Shown in pieces: positions 1 through 9,322 of a stretch of 64,000 nucleotides of DNA (position 1 is its first letter; each line of letters begins with the position of its first letter). Source of the DNA: Methanotrichaceae archaeon (GTDB lineage: Archaea; Halobacteriota; Methanosarcinia; Methanotrichales; Methanotrichaceae); NCBI GenBank assembly GCA_963803145.1, contig CAWDLW010000011.1, positions 1-64,000 of the forward strand, given 5' to 3'. The notes under the pieces were generated by a model. It did not search any database and was not told the DNA's origin. It saw only the letters and a program-made list of their open reading frames with translations. A program made the translations under genes and the position numbers.

Positions 1-1208
1 CCCGTAAAGAGCGGGAATCCCGCCAGGGATAGTCCGCCGATGAGCATTGTGTAGGCAGTCCACTTCATGTACTTCGATACGCCGCCCATCTCACGCATAT
101 CGTTTGTATTCACTGCGTGGATCACTGAGCCTGCGCAGAGGAAGAGCAGCGCTTTGAAGAACGAGTGGCCGATAAGGTGGAACATTGAAACTCCCACAGC
201 AGCAGCGCCGACTGCAGCTCCGGTACCAAGTCCTGCCATCATGAATCCGAGCTGTGAAACAGTCGAAAATGCCAGAACTCTCTTGATATCGAATGCTGTG
301 AGGCCCATCGTGGCTGCAAACAGCGCTGTGAATGCGCCAACTGCCGCAACTGCCGTAAGCCCGTAGGGCGCGGCATAGAACAGCGGGAACATTCTGGCGA
401 CCAGGTAGACACCTGCAGTAACCATCGTTGCTGCGTGGATCATAGCAGAGACGGTTGTAGGTCCTTCCATTGCATCAGGCAGCCAGACGTGCAGCGGGAA
501 CTGACCTGACTTGCCTATCGCACCACCCAGAATGCCCAGAGCTATGAACGTCAGCTGAGCCGGCGGGATTTGAGCGATATGGGCATAGATCACTGGGAAC
601 TGAAGCAGGAACTCGTCCGGCTTCAAGGGTATGTTCAGGGCTGCAAGGTTGTTGTACAGTAGTACAATTCCTGCCAGGAACAGAACATCGCCCACCCTCG
701 TTGTCAGGAATGCCTTCTTCGCTGCGGCCGCTGCAGATGGTTTCCTGTACCAGAATCCGATGAGCAGATATGAGCACAGGCCTACAAGCTCCCAGAATAT
801 AAAGAGCTGCAAAATGTTATCTGAGTAGACTAATCCCAGCATTGCAGCTGTGAAAAGGCCAGCTTCTGCGAAGTATCTGGCTGCTCCCGGATCGCCATTC
901 ATGTAACCCAGGGCATAGGTGTGGATCAATGTAACCACGAAGGTTACCATCAGAAGCATCACCAATGCCAATGGATCTATCAGGATTCCTACGTTGAATG
1001 TGGCGAACCAGGGTATCGATTGGTGAACGATCTCGTTCTTAGGGAATATTTCAGAGGTTATCCCTAGAGATAGTATAAGCCCTGCAAATGTCGCCAGAAC
1101 CGTCAGGAATCCTCCGCCCCTGGGCAGGTGCCATCCGACGAATATGCATAGCACGAAGGCGAGAACTGGCAGTGCTACTATCAAATAGGCATAATCGGAG
1201 TACAACAT
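1..1208 (-). CDS. fpoL: Fpo/complex I-like subunit L (NuoL-like), runs off the window at its 3' end
   Basis: Absent from the ORF track; translated by hand from ATG at 1208: [14 protein letters not shown]...RYFAEAGLF...FWELVGLCSYLLIGFWY...AAKKAFLTTRVGD, the NuoL signature. Start overlaps the fpoK stop (TGATG). Confidence 0.95.
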   Translation of the reverse strand, partial: MLYSDYAYLIVALPVLAFVLCIFVGWHLPRGGGFLTVLATFAGLILSLGITSEIFPKNEIVHQSIPWFATFNVGILIDPLALVMLLMVTFVVTLIHTYALGYMNGDPGAARYFAEAGLFTAAMLGLVYSDNILQLFIFWELVGLCSYLLIGFWYRKPSAAAAAKKAFLTTRVGDVLFLAGIVLLYNNLAALNIPLKPDEFLLQFPVIYAHIAQIPPAQLTFIALGILGGAIGKSGQFPLHVWLPDAMEGPTTVSAMIHAATMVTAGVYLVARMFPLFYAAPYGLTAVAAVGAFTALFAATMGLTAFDIKRVLAFSTVSQLGFMMAGLGTGAAVGAAAVGVSMFHLIGHSFFKALLFLCAGSVIHAVNTNDMREMGGVSKYMKWTAYTMLIGGLSLAGFPLFT

Positions 1209-1510
1209 CACCACCTCAGTGCATTTATGTTATCCAGGTCAATGGTTCCATACAGCCTGTACAGCGATATTAGTATAGCAAATCCTACGCCTGCTTCAGC
1301 TGCAGCCAGTGCTATAGAGAACAGAGCAAAGACTTGGCCGTTCACATTTGGCTGGTAAGCCGAGAAGGCGACCAGGTTTATGTTGGCGCTGTTGAGCAGA
1401 AGCTCAATACACATCATCAGCTTGACACCGTTTCTCTGTGTTACAAGCCCATACAAGCCGATGGTGAACATTATGGATGAAAGCAATAGGAAAAGCTCCA
1501 GCGGGATCAT
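1208..1510 (-). CDS. fpoK: Fpo subunit K (NuoK-like)
   Basis: 100 aa, hydrophobic; [16 protein letters not shown] and AAEAGVG motifs; operon position. Confidence 0.95.
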   Translation of the reverse strand: MIPLELFLLLSSIMFTIGLYGLVTQRNGVKLMMCIELLLNSANINLVAFSAYQPNVNGQVFALFSIALAAAEAGVGFAILISLYRLYGTIDLDNINALRW

Positions 1511-1549
1511 TGTTTTACTTCCCTCCTTGTCATTGTCCTCATCTCCTCC

Positions 1550-1816
1550 TCAGGCTACCTCTTTTCTAGCGACATAAACTGCTCCTACCAGGGCTGCTGT
1601 CAGCACCAAAGCGAGTATCTCAAATGCAAAGACGTATGTGGTAAATATTTCCATACCGACATCGCCTATTCTGCTTTCAGGCAATCTCTCTCCTGGATTC
1701 TGCTCAAATGGGAGCGGCTGCGCCACACCAGTGCTTTTCCAGGGCGTGAGTGAGAGAGACGCAAAGAGCACAGCCAGGAAAGCTAGGGCCAAAATAACAA
1801 CCTTATATTTCACCAT
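1550..1816 (-). CDS. fpoJ2: Fpo subunit J2 (C-terminal half of NuoJ)
   Basis: YVFAFEILALVLTAALVGAVYVA is the NuoJ C-terminal motif. Confidence 0.88.
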   Translation of the reverse strand: MVKYKVVILALAFLAVLFASLSLTPWKSTGVAQPLPFEQNPGERLPESRIGDVGMEIFTTYVFAFEILALVLTAALVGAVYVARKEVA

Positions 1817-2234
1817 GGGATTCCTCCATGATCGTCTTTCTCGTGAGCATCACTGCGAATAGTATCAGAACTCCGACTGCTCCAATATAGACCAGCACTT
1901 GGGCAACTCCCAGGAAGGTAGCGTTCAGGAATATGTAAATAGCTGCCACACATGCAAAAGTTCCCAGAAGATAAAGGGCGCTGTGGACTATGTTCCTGGA
2001 GTAGACTGTAAGTATTGATAGCAATACGACCAATGCTGCTATGATTAAGTAGGCGATAAGCTCTACTGCGAATGCTATATCATAGGCCAGAAATCTTTCC
2101 AAGACCGTTCTAGACCAGGGCGACAGTGCCACGATCAGTGCAATACCGCCGAATATTATGAAGATCGCTGCGAAGAGCACAATCACTTCAAAGATCGACC
2201 GGATGACGTTAGGGTTTTCCTTTCCTTCAGCCAT
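1803..2234 (-). CDS. fpoJ1: Fpo subunit J1 (N-terminal half of NuoJ)
   Basis: NIVHSALYL...AQVLVYIGAVGVLILFAVML motif. Confidence 0.9.
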   Translation of the reverse strand: MAEGKENPNVIRSIFEVIVLFAAIFIIFGGIALIVALSPWSRTVLERFLAYDIAFAVELIAYLIIAALVVLLSILTVYSRNIVHSALYLLGTFACVAAIYIFLNATFLGVAQVLVYIGAVGVLILFAVMLTRKTIMEESHGEI

Positions 2235-2896
2235 CAGGATGCACCTCCTTCCTTTGTCGCTTCTGTTTTGTTTTCGGCAGCTTTATCAACAGCCTCTTCA
2301 GCTTTGGCCGTCTCCTTCTTCTTGGCAGCCACTTTCGTGGCCTTTCCGGCTCCTTCCGCGGGAGCAGCCTTTTTGGCAGCTCCTGCCCCTTCGGTTCCCT
2401 CTTTGGCAGCAGCCTTCTTCTTCGCTGCTGCAGCAGCGGCCTTCTCTGATGCGACCCTCTTGGCCTCAGCCTCTAGTTCTGCCACTTCTTTGGGAGAGAA
2501 TTTCTTTACTGCCAGATCTCCCGGGCCCTTGATGATGTCCTTTCTTTCCCAGCCTGCCATGGTAACTTTCTTGCCCATCTTCAGGCATTCTACAGGACAC
2601 TCATCCACACACAGGCCGCAGAACATGCACCTTCCATAATCAATCTGAGGCATCTGCAGCTTTTTGTTCTTCATTGGATTCCCGAACTTGTAGGAAACCA
2701 TTTCAATACAGGAGTTAGGACAAATTCTGGCACAGGATGCACACCCGATACATTTGGTGGCATCCAGCTCGTGAATACCGCGCTCGGCAGCAGGCAGCTC
2801 CATCATCACCTCTGGATATAGCCTGGTGACTTCGGTCCCGCGAGTGGCGGTCTTCAAAGGCCAGCTGAAGTTTTTAATCATCTTTCTCTTCAACAT
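2234..2896 (-). CDS. fpoI: Fpo subunit I, 2x[4Fe-4S], with Lys/Ala-rich C-terminal extension
   Basis: CIGCASCARICP and CMFCGLCVDECP ferredoxin motifs. Confidence 0.95.
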   Translation of the reverse strand: MLKRKMIKNFSWPLKTATRGTEVTRLYPEVMMELPAAERGIHELDATKCIGCASCARICPNSCIEMVSYKFGNPMKNKKLQMPQIDYGRCMFCGLCVDECPVECLKMGKKVTMAGWERKDIIKGPGDLAVKKFSPKEVAELEAEAKRVASEKAAAAAAKKKAAAKEGTEGAGAAKKAAPAEGAGKATKVAAKKKETAKAEEAVDKAAENKTEATKEGGAS

Positions 2897-2908
2897 CTTA
2901 GTGCCACC

Positions 2909-3961
2909 TCATGCGAAGTAAGATCCGATCAACACCGCCCATCCCAGATTCACAAGAGAGAGCGGAAGCATCCATTTCCATCCAAGGTCAGTTACCTGGT
3001 CAATCCTGAGCCTGAACAGAGAGCTTCTGACCCAGATGAAGAACCACATAACTATTACCATCTTCATGAACATCCAAATCAGCGGGGAGATAATATCAAG
3101 AACCGGTATTGGTATAATCGGCCCCTGCCAGCCGCCCAAGAACAGCAGTGACAGAAGTATGGACCCCAGGAGAAAGTTATTGTACTCCTGGAAGTACAGT
3201 AGGCCAAACCGAATTCCGCTGTATTCGGTATTGTAACCGGATATGATTTCCTCTTCAGCCTCACTCTGATCGAAGGGGATTCTTCCAAGGTCAGTTATCA
3301 GGGCGATAAGGAATATCAAAAATCCCAGAGGCTGAGCGAAGGCATACCAGAGGGTTTGTTTCTGTACTATCTCGACCAGGTTCAGGCTATGAGCCATGAT
3401 GGCTACGGAAATAACGCAGATGCCCATAGGCACCTCGTAGGCGATCATCCTGGCAATGCCCCTAAAGGCCCCCAGCATCGAATACTTGTTGTTTGAGCTG
3501 TAGCCTGCCATGAAGACTGCTATAGACATCAGGCTTAGGGCCGCTTCTACATATAAGGCGCTGATGTCCATGTTGGCAACAACCAGAGGATAATCCTTGC
3601 CATTGATATGCAGAGCTCCGAAGGGAATGGCGGCCGCTACAAGCATAGTGGCTATCGAGGCCACAATTGGCGCCCAGACGTAGACCGCTTTATCCGCTCC
3701 CCCAGGAATAATATCCTCTTTTGTGAAGAACTTGATGGCATCGGCACCGAGCTGAAGTATGCCCCACCTTCCGCCTACCCTGTTCGGCCCATACCTGGCA
3801 GCGAAATCTCCAAGAACTTTTCTTTCGCCCCAGATCAATAGCATAGCTCCGACGTTCACTACTGCTGAGATTATCGCAGCACCGATTATGCCTATGATCA
3901 GAGCGAAGATTGCTGGCTGCTGGGCCGCAAATTGAGTAATGCTATCTATTATTCCGTCCAA
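2909..3961 (-). CDS. fpoH: Fpo subunit H (NuoH-like)
   Basis: ERK...RYGPNRVG...DAIKFFTKED and RIPFDQSEAEEEIISGYNTEYSG motifs. Confidence 0.96.
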   Translation of the reverse strand: MDGIIDSITQFAAQQPAIFALIIGIIGAAIISAVVNVGAMLLIWGERKVLGDFAARYGPNRVGGRWGILQLGADAIKFFTKEDIIPGGADKAVYVWAPIVASIATMLVAAAIPFGALHINGKDYPLVVANMDISALYVEAALSLMSIAVFMAGYSSNNKYSMLGAFRGIARMIAYEVPMGICVISVAIMAHSLNLVEIVQKQTLWYAFAQPLGFLIFLIALITDLGRIPFDQSEAEEEIISGYNTEYSGIRFGLLYFQEYNNFLLGSILLSLLFLGGWQGPIIPIPVLDIISPLIWMFMKMVIVMWFFIWVRSSLFRLRIDQVTDLGWKWMLPLSLVNLGWAVLIGSYFA

Positions 3962-3973
3962 ATCCTCTCCCTC

Positions 3974-5686
3974 CTATCTATCAGCCTCAGACGGACAGCC
4001 GTCCATGCTGCCTGCAATGGCAACCACATCTGCTATGTAGACGCCCTCCAATAGCGGAGGCAGAGTCTGGAAGGTAGCGTAAAATGGTCCTCTTACCTTC
4101 ACTCTGTAGGGCTTGTCGCCGCCATCGCTGACCACGTACATTCCCATCTCGCCTCTGGGGTCCTCGACCCTATAGTAGGCCTCGCCGGCAGGGACCTTCT
4201 TTGGAACCTTGGTTTCAGTCCTGATAGGTCCTGCGGGGATACGATCCAGGCACTGCTCGATGATATGGATGCTCTCTAAAATCTCTCTCAGCCTGACATC
4301 GATCCTGTCATGGCAATCTCCATTTGTTCCAGTTATCACGTTGAAGTCAAGCTCGGGGTAGACCAGTATTGGATCTTCCTTTCTCATATCGTAAGCAACA
4401 CCGGTAGCCCTCAGCGGCGGTCCAGAAAGGCCAATCCGTTTAGCATTGTCAGGTCTGATTGTGCCCACGTTATCCATTCTCAGGTGGTATATCGGGTCCT
4501 GCTTGAAGAGTGCCAGAAATTCATTTGCCTCTGACTCCATATATTTCAGAGTCTCTCTGCACTTCTCGCTGAAGCCCTCAGGCAGATCGTTTCTGACGCC
4601 TCCAAAGCGCACAAAAGTATGGGTAAGCCTGGCGCCGGTAACGCTCTCAATAAGTGAGATGATGCGTTCCCTATCTATGATCATGTACTGCCATGGCGCA
4701 TAACCGACGCCTGCGATCAGCGTCAGGAACTCGCCCGTGCCTATCAGATGGCTCTGAATCCTGGAAAGCTCTTCCAGAATGACACGGATGTACTGCGCTC
4801 TCAGTGGAACTTCGAGTCCAAGGATTTTTTCTACGGCTCCGCAGTAGCATTCGTTATTGGAAAGTGAAGCCACATAGCACATTCTGTCGGTGTAGGTTAT
4901 GCCCTGTAGCCACGTTCTATTCTCCATGATCTTTTCAATGCCTTTGTGGATGTAGCCCAGATCAAGGTAGGCCTTCCTTACACGCTCGCCCTCCACAAGC
5001 ACATCTAGCAGGAAAGGACCTGGAACCATCGCGTGCTGTGGTCCCATGTGCATGATCATTTCAGAATCTGATTTGATATCTTTCTCCTCTCGTTCACGGA
5101 GGGACGGGTATTTTGGCCGCTCCTTCGGAACAGTTCCTGCCTCAATTTCCGCCGGTGTTGGTGGAAAATAGTATTTTGTGTAGCCGTCGGAAGTAAGCCT
5201 TTCAACAGCTCTCTGGCCTGTTGTCAGGTCAGGGTAACCCTTGAAATCCTTTCTCCAGGGCCAGGAGCCTACAAGCTCATCAGGCAGAAGCAAGGGATAA
5301 AGCTCCGGATGCCCCTCGAAGTTGATGCCGAACATCTCCCAGGCCTCACGCTCATACCAGTTGGCATTCCAGTAGAGGCCTGTGAGGGATTTTACGGATG
5401 GATTTTCACGGGGTGTTCTGACTTTGAGCATAGCCACAACCTGATGAGCGCCATGGCTGGCCATAATCTCAACAACTTCCAGCTCATTTTTGGCAATCCA
5501 GTCTAGGCCTGCAGTACCAGAGTAATGGTCGAAATTCAGCTTATCACTCAGATATTTGCATACATCTACAATTTTATTTGGATCGATTGTGGCCCAAAGC
5601 CTACGGTCCGACTCCACCCGGGATTCAAGGACTGCTCCAGGGATGGCGGACTCTACCGAGCTTAGAACCTCGTTAGCAGTAGTCAA
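3974..5686 (-). CDS. fpoCD: Fused Fpo subunit C/D (NuoCD-like)
   Basis: N-terminal NuoC motif ANWYEREAWEMFGINFEGHP; NuoD motifs GPQH, GYIHKGIEK and EDPRGEMG in the same ORF. Confidence 0.95.
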   Translation of the reverse strand: MTTANEVLSSVESAIPGAVLESRVESDRRLWATIDPNKIVDVCKYLSDKLNFDHYSGTAGLDWIAKNELEVVEIMASHGAHQVVAMLKVRTPRENPSVKSLTGLYWNANWYEREAWEMFGINFEGHPELYPLLLPDELVGSWPWRKDFKGYPDLTTGQRAVERLTSDGYTKYYFPPTPAEIEAGTVPKERPKYPSLREREEKDIKSDSEMIMHMGPQHAMVPGPFLLDVLVEGERVRKAYLDLGYIHKGIEKIMENRTWLQGITYTDRMCYVASLSNNECYCGAVEKILGLEVPLRAQYIRVILEELSRIQSHLIGTGEFLTLIAGVGYAPWQYMIIDRERIISLIESVTGARLTHTFVRFGGVRNDLPEGFSEKCRETLKYMESEANEFLALFKQDPIYHLRMDNVGTIRPDNAKRIGLSGPPLRATGVAYDMRKEDPILVYPELDFNVITGTNGDCHDRIDVRLREILESIHIIEQCLDRIPAGPIRTETKVPKKVPAGEAYYRVEDPRGEMGMYVVSDGGDKPYRVKVRGPFYATFQTLPPLLEGVYIADVVAIAGSMDGCPSEADR

Positions 5687-5701
5687 GAAAAGATTCCTCC
5701 T

Positions 5702-6274
5702 TTAGTAACCTCGCTTGTCCTTCCGCTGCTTGATCTTCTCCTGGAGATTGAGTAAGCCCTCCAGGAACTGCTCGGGCCTGGGGGGGCATCCAGGGATGAA
5801 GACATCTATCGGGAAGTAATCGGCCGTATTTTGAATGATATTATAGGAATCATAGAATGGCCCGCCAGATATAGCGCATTCGCCAATGGCTACTACCCAC
5901 TTGGGCTCAGGCATCTGTTCCCAGAGGCTTTTGAAGACCGGTAGGTATTTCCTGGTAATGTAGCCTGAGATGATCATGACATCGGTCTGGCGCGGTGTGT
6001 TTCTGGGTATGCACCCAAATCGGTCACTGTCATAAGGCGCAGCACCGAAAACGAACATCTCCACACCGCAGCATCCCATAGGCTGCATCAAAAAGTATAC
6101 TGAGTTCTTTCTGCCCCAATTGAATAGATTTTTTATTGGGCCCATCTCTATGATCTGATGGATTTTCTCAGTAGTTGTAAACCAGACATCAGCCACGGGC
6201 TGGCCGAAGATCGTCCACTTCTCAAGCTCTTCATCAATTGCCGCAGGCACGGGTATTACATCGCTTATACCCAA
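5702..6274 (-). CDS. fpoB: Fpo subunit B (NuoB-like)
   Basis: GCCGVEM, GECAISGG and IPGCPPRPE motifs. Confidence 0.96.
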   Translation of the reverse strand: MGISDVIPVPAAIDEELEKWTIFGQPVADVWFTTTEKIHQIIEMGPIKNLFNWGRKNSVYFLMQPMGCCGVEMFVFGAAPYDSDRFGCIPRNTPRQTDVMIISGYITRKYLPVFKSLWEQMPEPKWVVAIGECAISGGPFYDSYNIIQNTADYFPIDVFIPGCPPRPEQFLEGLLNLQEKIKQRKDKRGY

Positions 6275-6669
6275 CGCAAAGCCTCCTTCTTGATAGCATA
6301 TATTAATCCAATTATCAGCACTATAACAAACAGAATCATCTCGAATACTGCGATGTTAATGGTTCCAATAACAGCCATCTGCTTCATGAAAGCATTAGCG
6401 TAAACATAAACCCAGGGATATAAGAAAAGAACCTCAACATCGAATATCACAAAGACGATTGCGAATAGATAATATTGCACGCTGTATTGAACTCGGGCGT
6501 CGCGGATGGGGATCAGACCGCCCTCATATGTTGATGCTTTGCGACGGCTCGGCCTCAGCGGCGATATAATCTTAACGACAGCTAAAGCGCCTATTGGCAC
6601 GATAGCTCCCATTACTATAAACACAATAAGTGGTATATAATAATCCACTGCCATCGGTTCGCCAGCCAT
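6265..6669 (-). CDS. fpoA: Fpo subunit A (NuoA-like)
   Basis: YEGG...QYYLFAIVFVIFDVEVLFLYPW. Start placed at ATG 6669, behind a GGAGGAG RBS and downstream of the TATA box. Confidence 0.95.
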   Translation of the reverse strand: MAGEPMAVDYYIPLIVFIVMGAIVPIGALAVVKIISPLRPSRRKASTYEGGLIPIRDARVQYSVQYYLFAIVFVIFDVEVLFLYPWVYVYANAFMKQMAVIGTINIAVFEMILFVIVLIIGLIYAIKKEALRWV

Positions 6670-6705
6670 TGTTTCTCCTCCGTAAAAGCTAAACATAAGG
6701 TCTGG

Positions 6706-6719
6706 TATAAAAGGTTTAT
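6706..6719 (-). promoter_or_regulatory. Putative BRE/TATA promoter of the fpo operon
   Basis: Minus strand reads ATAAACC-TTTTATA, about 37 nt upstream of the fpoA ATG. Confidence 0.55.
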
Positions 6720-6802
6720 GAGAAAATATTTCGCGTTGCCAGGGTTAAATCACAAATTTTTAAAAAAGATTGGAAACAATTTGTCATCATTAAGGTGATC
6801 AG

Positions 6803-7735
6803 ATGGACGTTGTACATCAAATTGAGATAGTGCCTGGGATGAGCGTCGAAACACTCATCGCCGCGATGGAGCATTGCGGCTTTGGGGCAAGGAGGCTTTC
6901 CGAAGCCGCTCGCATTTATGAGCAGATGCTCTCAGGAGATTATATGAAGTTCCTAACGCTCTCAGGCGCAATGGTGCCTGCGGGCATGAGGAACATAGTC
7001 TCGGATCTGATAAGGCAGGGGCATGTAAATGTTCTCGTGACGACAGGCGCGAATCTTGTTCACGATATAATCGAGTCCTTCGGCATCCATTGCATGGGCA
7101 CGCCTGAATCCGACGATGCAGCCCTTAGGGAGGCAGGCATAAGCCGAATCTATGATGTCTATCTCCGGGATGATGATTTCATCAAGTTCGAGGAGCTGAT
7201 GCAGAGGATACTGCCAGACCAAGCAGAAACCCTTTCTGGAACAGAATTTCTTAGAATCCTCGGATCTAAGATAACAGATAGCAAATCCATACTGCGCTCA
7301 GCATATGACTGTAACGTGCCTGTATTCTGTCCTGCCTTATCCGATTCCATGATCGGTCTTCAGGCATGGCTACACAGTCAGACAAAGCGGTTAACAGTTG
7401 ATGCCTTTGCCGATATAAAGCAGATCGTTGACATCTGTTATGAGTCGCCCAACGCGGGGATAGTAATCATAGGTGGTGGCGTGCCCAAGAACTTCGCCCT
7501 ACAATCGATGCTTGTCACGCCGAATAGCTTCAAGCTTGCAATCCAGCTGACTACTGATACCCCTGAGAACGGCGGGCTTTCTGGAGCTACGCTATCTGAG
7601 GCAATCTCCTGGGGTAAGGTGTCTGCAGAGGCGAGATATGTGACAGTTTATGGAGATGCTACAATAACATTTCCGCTAATGGTGGCATCCACTCTAACAA
7701 AGCTGGAGGAGAATCCGAGCCGAAAAGCGATCTGA
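6803..7735 (+). CDS. dys: Deoxyhypusine synthase
   Basis: TTGANLVHD, GGGVPKNF and GGLSGATLSEAISWGKV motifs. Confidence 0.95.
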   Translation: MDVVHQIEIVPGMSVETLIAAMEHCGFGARRLSEAARIYEQMLSGDYMKFLTLSGAMVPAGMRNIVSDLIRQGHVNVLVTTGANLVHDIIESFGIHCMGTPESDDAALREAGISRIYDVYLRDDDFIKFEELMQRILPDQAETLSGTEFLRILGSKITDSKSILRSAYDCNVPVFCPALSDSMIGLQAWLHSQTKRLTVDAFADIKQIVDICYESPNAGIVIIGGGVPKNFALQSMLVTPNSFKLAIQLTTDTPENGGLSGATLSEAISWGKVSAEARYVTVYGDATITFPLMVASTLTKLEENPSRKAI

Positions 7736-7782
7736 AACTCTGAATGTAGGTTATGATTATGCCCTTCTAGCCCTAGTTACTC

Positions 7783-9177
7783 CTAGTAACCTACCTTAGA
7801 GAGGGCTCTTGAGCCGAAATGCAGGTATTTGATTCTGCCATCCTTACCCGGAATAAACCCTATATACATTGGGTCTGGCTTGCCTGGCGTATAAATAGCG
7901 AATAGATCGCTGCCTACCTTCTCCATAGGAATCTCGCGGCCGTTGGCATTTAACAATAGCTCGCCATTCTTTACTATGACACTGCAGTTTGTCTCCGGGT
8001 CCAGGTTCTGCATGAAGATGCCCGCATACCTGGCCATCTCAGGTTCGTTCATGCTAATAGGCTTAAGCCTGATTTCGGGCTTCAAGGGCAGCATCATCTC
8101 GAAAGCCTTCTTTGTAGAGTTGGGCATTTCTCTGCTTACGCCGTTGTCCAGGATTACAAGGGCGAACTTATGCTCAGGCACCATCTTGAAGATGCAGGTG
8201 AAGCTGTCAAGATTTCCTTCATGCTCGACTACATCAACGCCGCGGTAGCTATGCATCATCAGGCCGTAGCCGTAGCTAATATTTCCCTCAGCCATGTCAG
8301 CATGGGGAGTACACATCTCTTTTATTACCTCGGGAGAGAGAACCTGCCTGCCATCCAAGGTGCCGTTGTTCATCATGGCCGTTGCATACCTTGCCATATC
8401 CAGGACGTTTGAGAAGAGGAAACCAGAAGGCCACTCTGTGGCATATTCCTGGAAGGGCCTCAAGACCGTTAAATTCTCTGATGCTCTGCCAATATATCCC
8501 ATAGCCATGGGATGGGTCACGGCCATCTCAAGGTAGAAGGTTGTGCTGTTCATGCCTACTGGTTTGAGGACCCTGTCCTCAACAGCATCTGCGTAGGGCA
8601 TTCCTCCCACAACCTGGGCCAGGTAACCTGCCAGGTTATATCCATCGTTTGAGTAGGAGAAGACCTCTCCCGGCTCAGCAAGGAAGATGCTGTCATTAAG
8701 CGTCCTCACTCCCTTCTCCAGGCCGGACTGGAAGTCCCATTTAATATCCTCGGGCCATGGGTCCAAATCTTTCAGGCCCGCTGTGTGGCTGAGAAGCTGG
8801 CTAGCTGTTACATTTGATAGCTTTGGGCTCAGCCCTTTTATGTAGCTGCCAATGGGCGTGTTGATCTCCAGCTTTCCCTCCTCTGCCATAGAGAGAACTG
8901 TGTAGGCGGTGAACTGCTTGACAGTGGAGCCTATCAAGAACAGGGTATCTGGCGTCACTGGCTGTCCGGTCTCAATGCTGGCTATACCAAAGCCTTTGGC
9001 ATATACTAACTTATTATCGCTGACTATAGCCACGGCACATCCTGGAGTGTTAGTTGCCTTAAGCTCATCCTGAATGACCTTATCCAGGGCGCTGAAGTCC
9101 GTCATGCTAGAAGCAGATGCTGATGATGCTATCATGGCTATCATCAGCGCTGCAAACAAAATCTCTATTCCCTTCAT
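7783..9177 (-). CDS. Secreted serine hydrolase, beta-lactamase/AmpC-like family
   Basis: Signal peptide; SxxK (STVK), LLSHTAGL, YSN and HEG motifs. Confidence 0.9.
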   Translation of the reverse strand: MKGIEILFAALMIAMIASSASASSMTDFSALDKVIQDELKATNTPGCAVAIVSDNKLVYAKGFGIASIETGQPVTPDTLFLIGSTVKQFTAYTVLSMAEEGKLEINTPIGSYIKGLSPKLSNVTASQLLSHTAGLKDLDPWPEDIKWDFQSGLEKGVRTLNDSIFLAEPGEVFSYSNDGYNLAGYLAQVVGGMPYADAVEDRVLKPVGMNSTTFYLEMAVTHPMAMGYIGRASENLTVLRPFQEYATEWPSGFLFSNVLDMARYATAMMNNGTLDGRQVLSPEVIKEMCTPHADMAEGNISYGYGLMMHSYRGVDVVEHEGNLDSFTCIFKMVPEHKFALVILDNGVSREMPNSTKKAFEMMLPLKPEIRLKPISMNEPEMARYAGIFMQNLDPETNCSVIVKNGELLLNANGREIPMEKVGSDLFAIYTPGKPDPMYIGFIPGKDGRIKYLHFGSRALSKVGY

Positions 9178-9322
9178 ATTTCCTGCTCCTAACTGATCCC
9201 TATATCAGCGGATGGCTCAGTTAACTTATCTGTTAAGATCAACTATGAAATTGATTAAGTATTTATATTTATTTTATGTTCTTCAACTAGCAAGGTCAAT
9301 TAGATGATCATGAGGGGATATT

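Noticed and set aside
2158-2639. Plus-strand ORFs over fpoI, and similar antisense ORFs throughout (e.g. 33349-33945, 48518-49246)
   Set aside because: They are shadows of well-supported genes on the opposite strand and carry no motifs.
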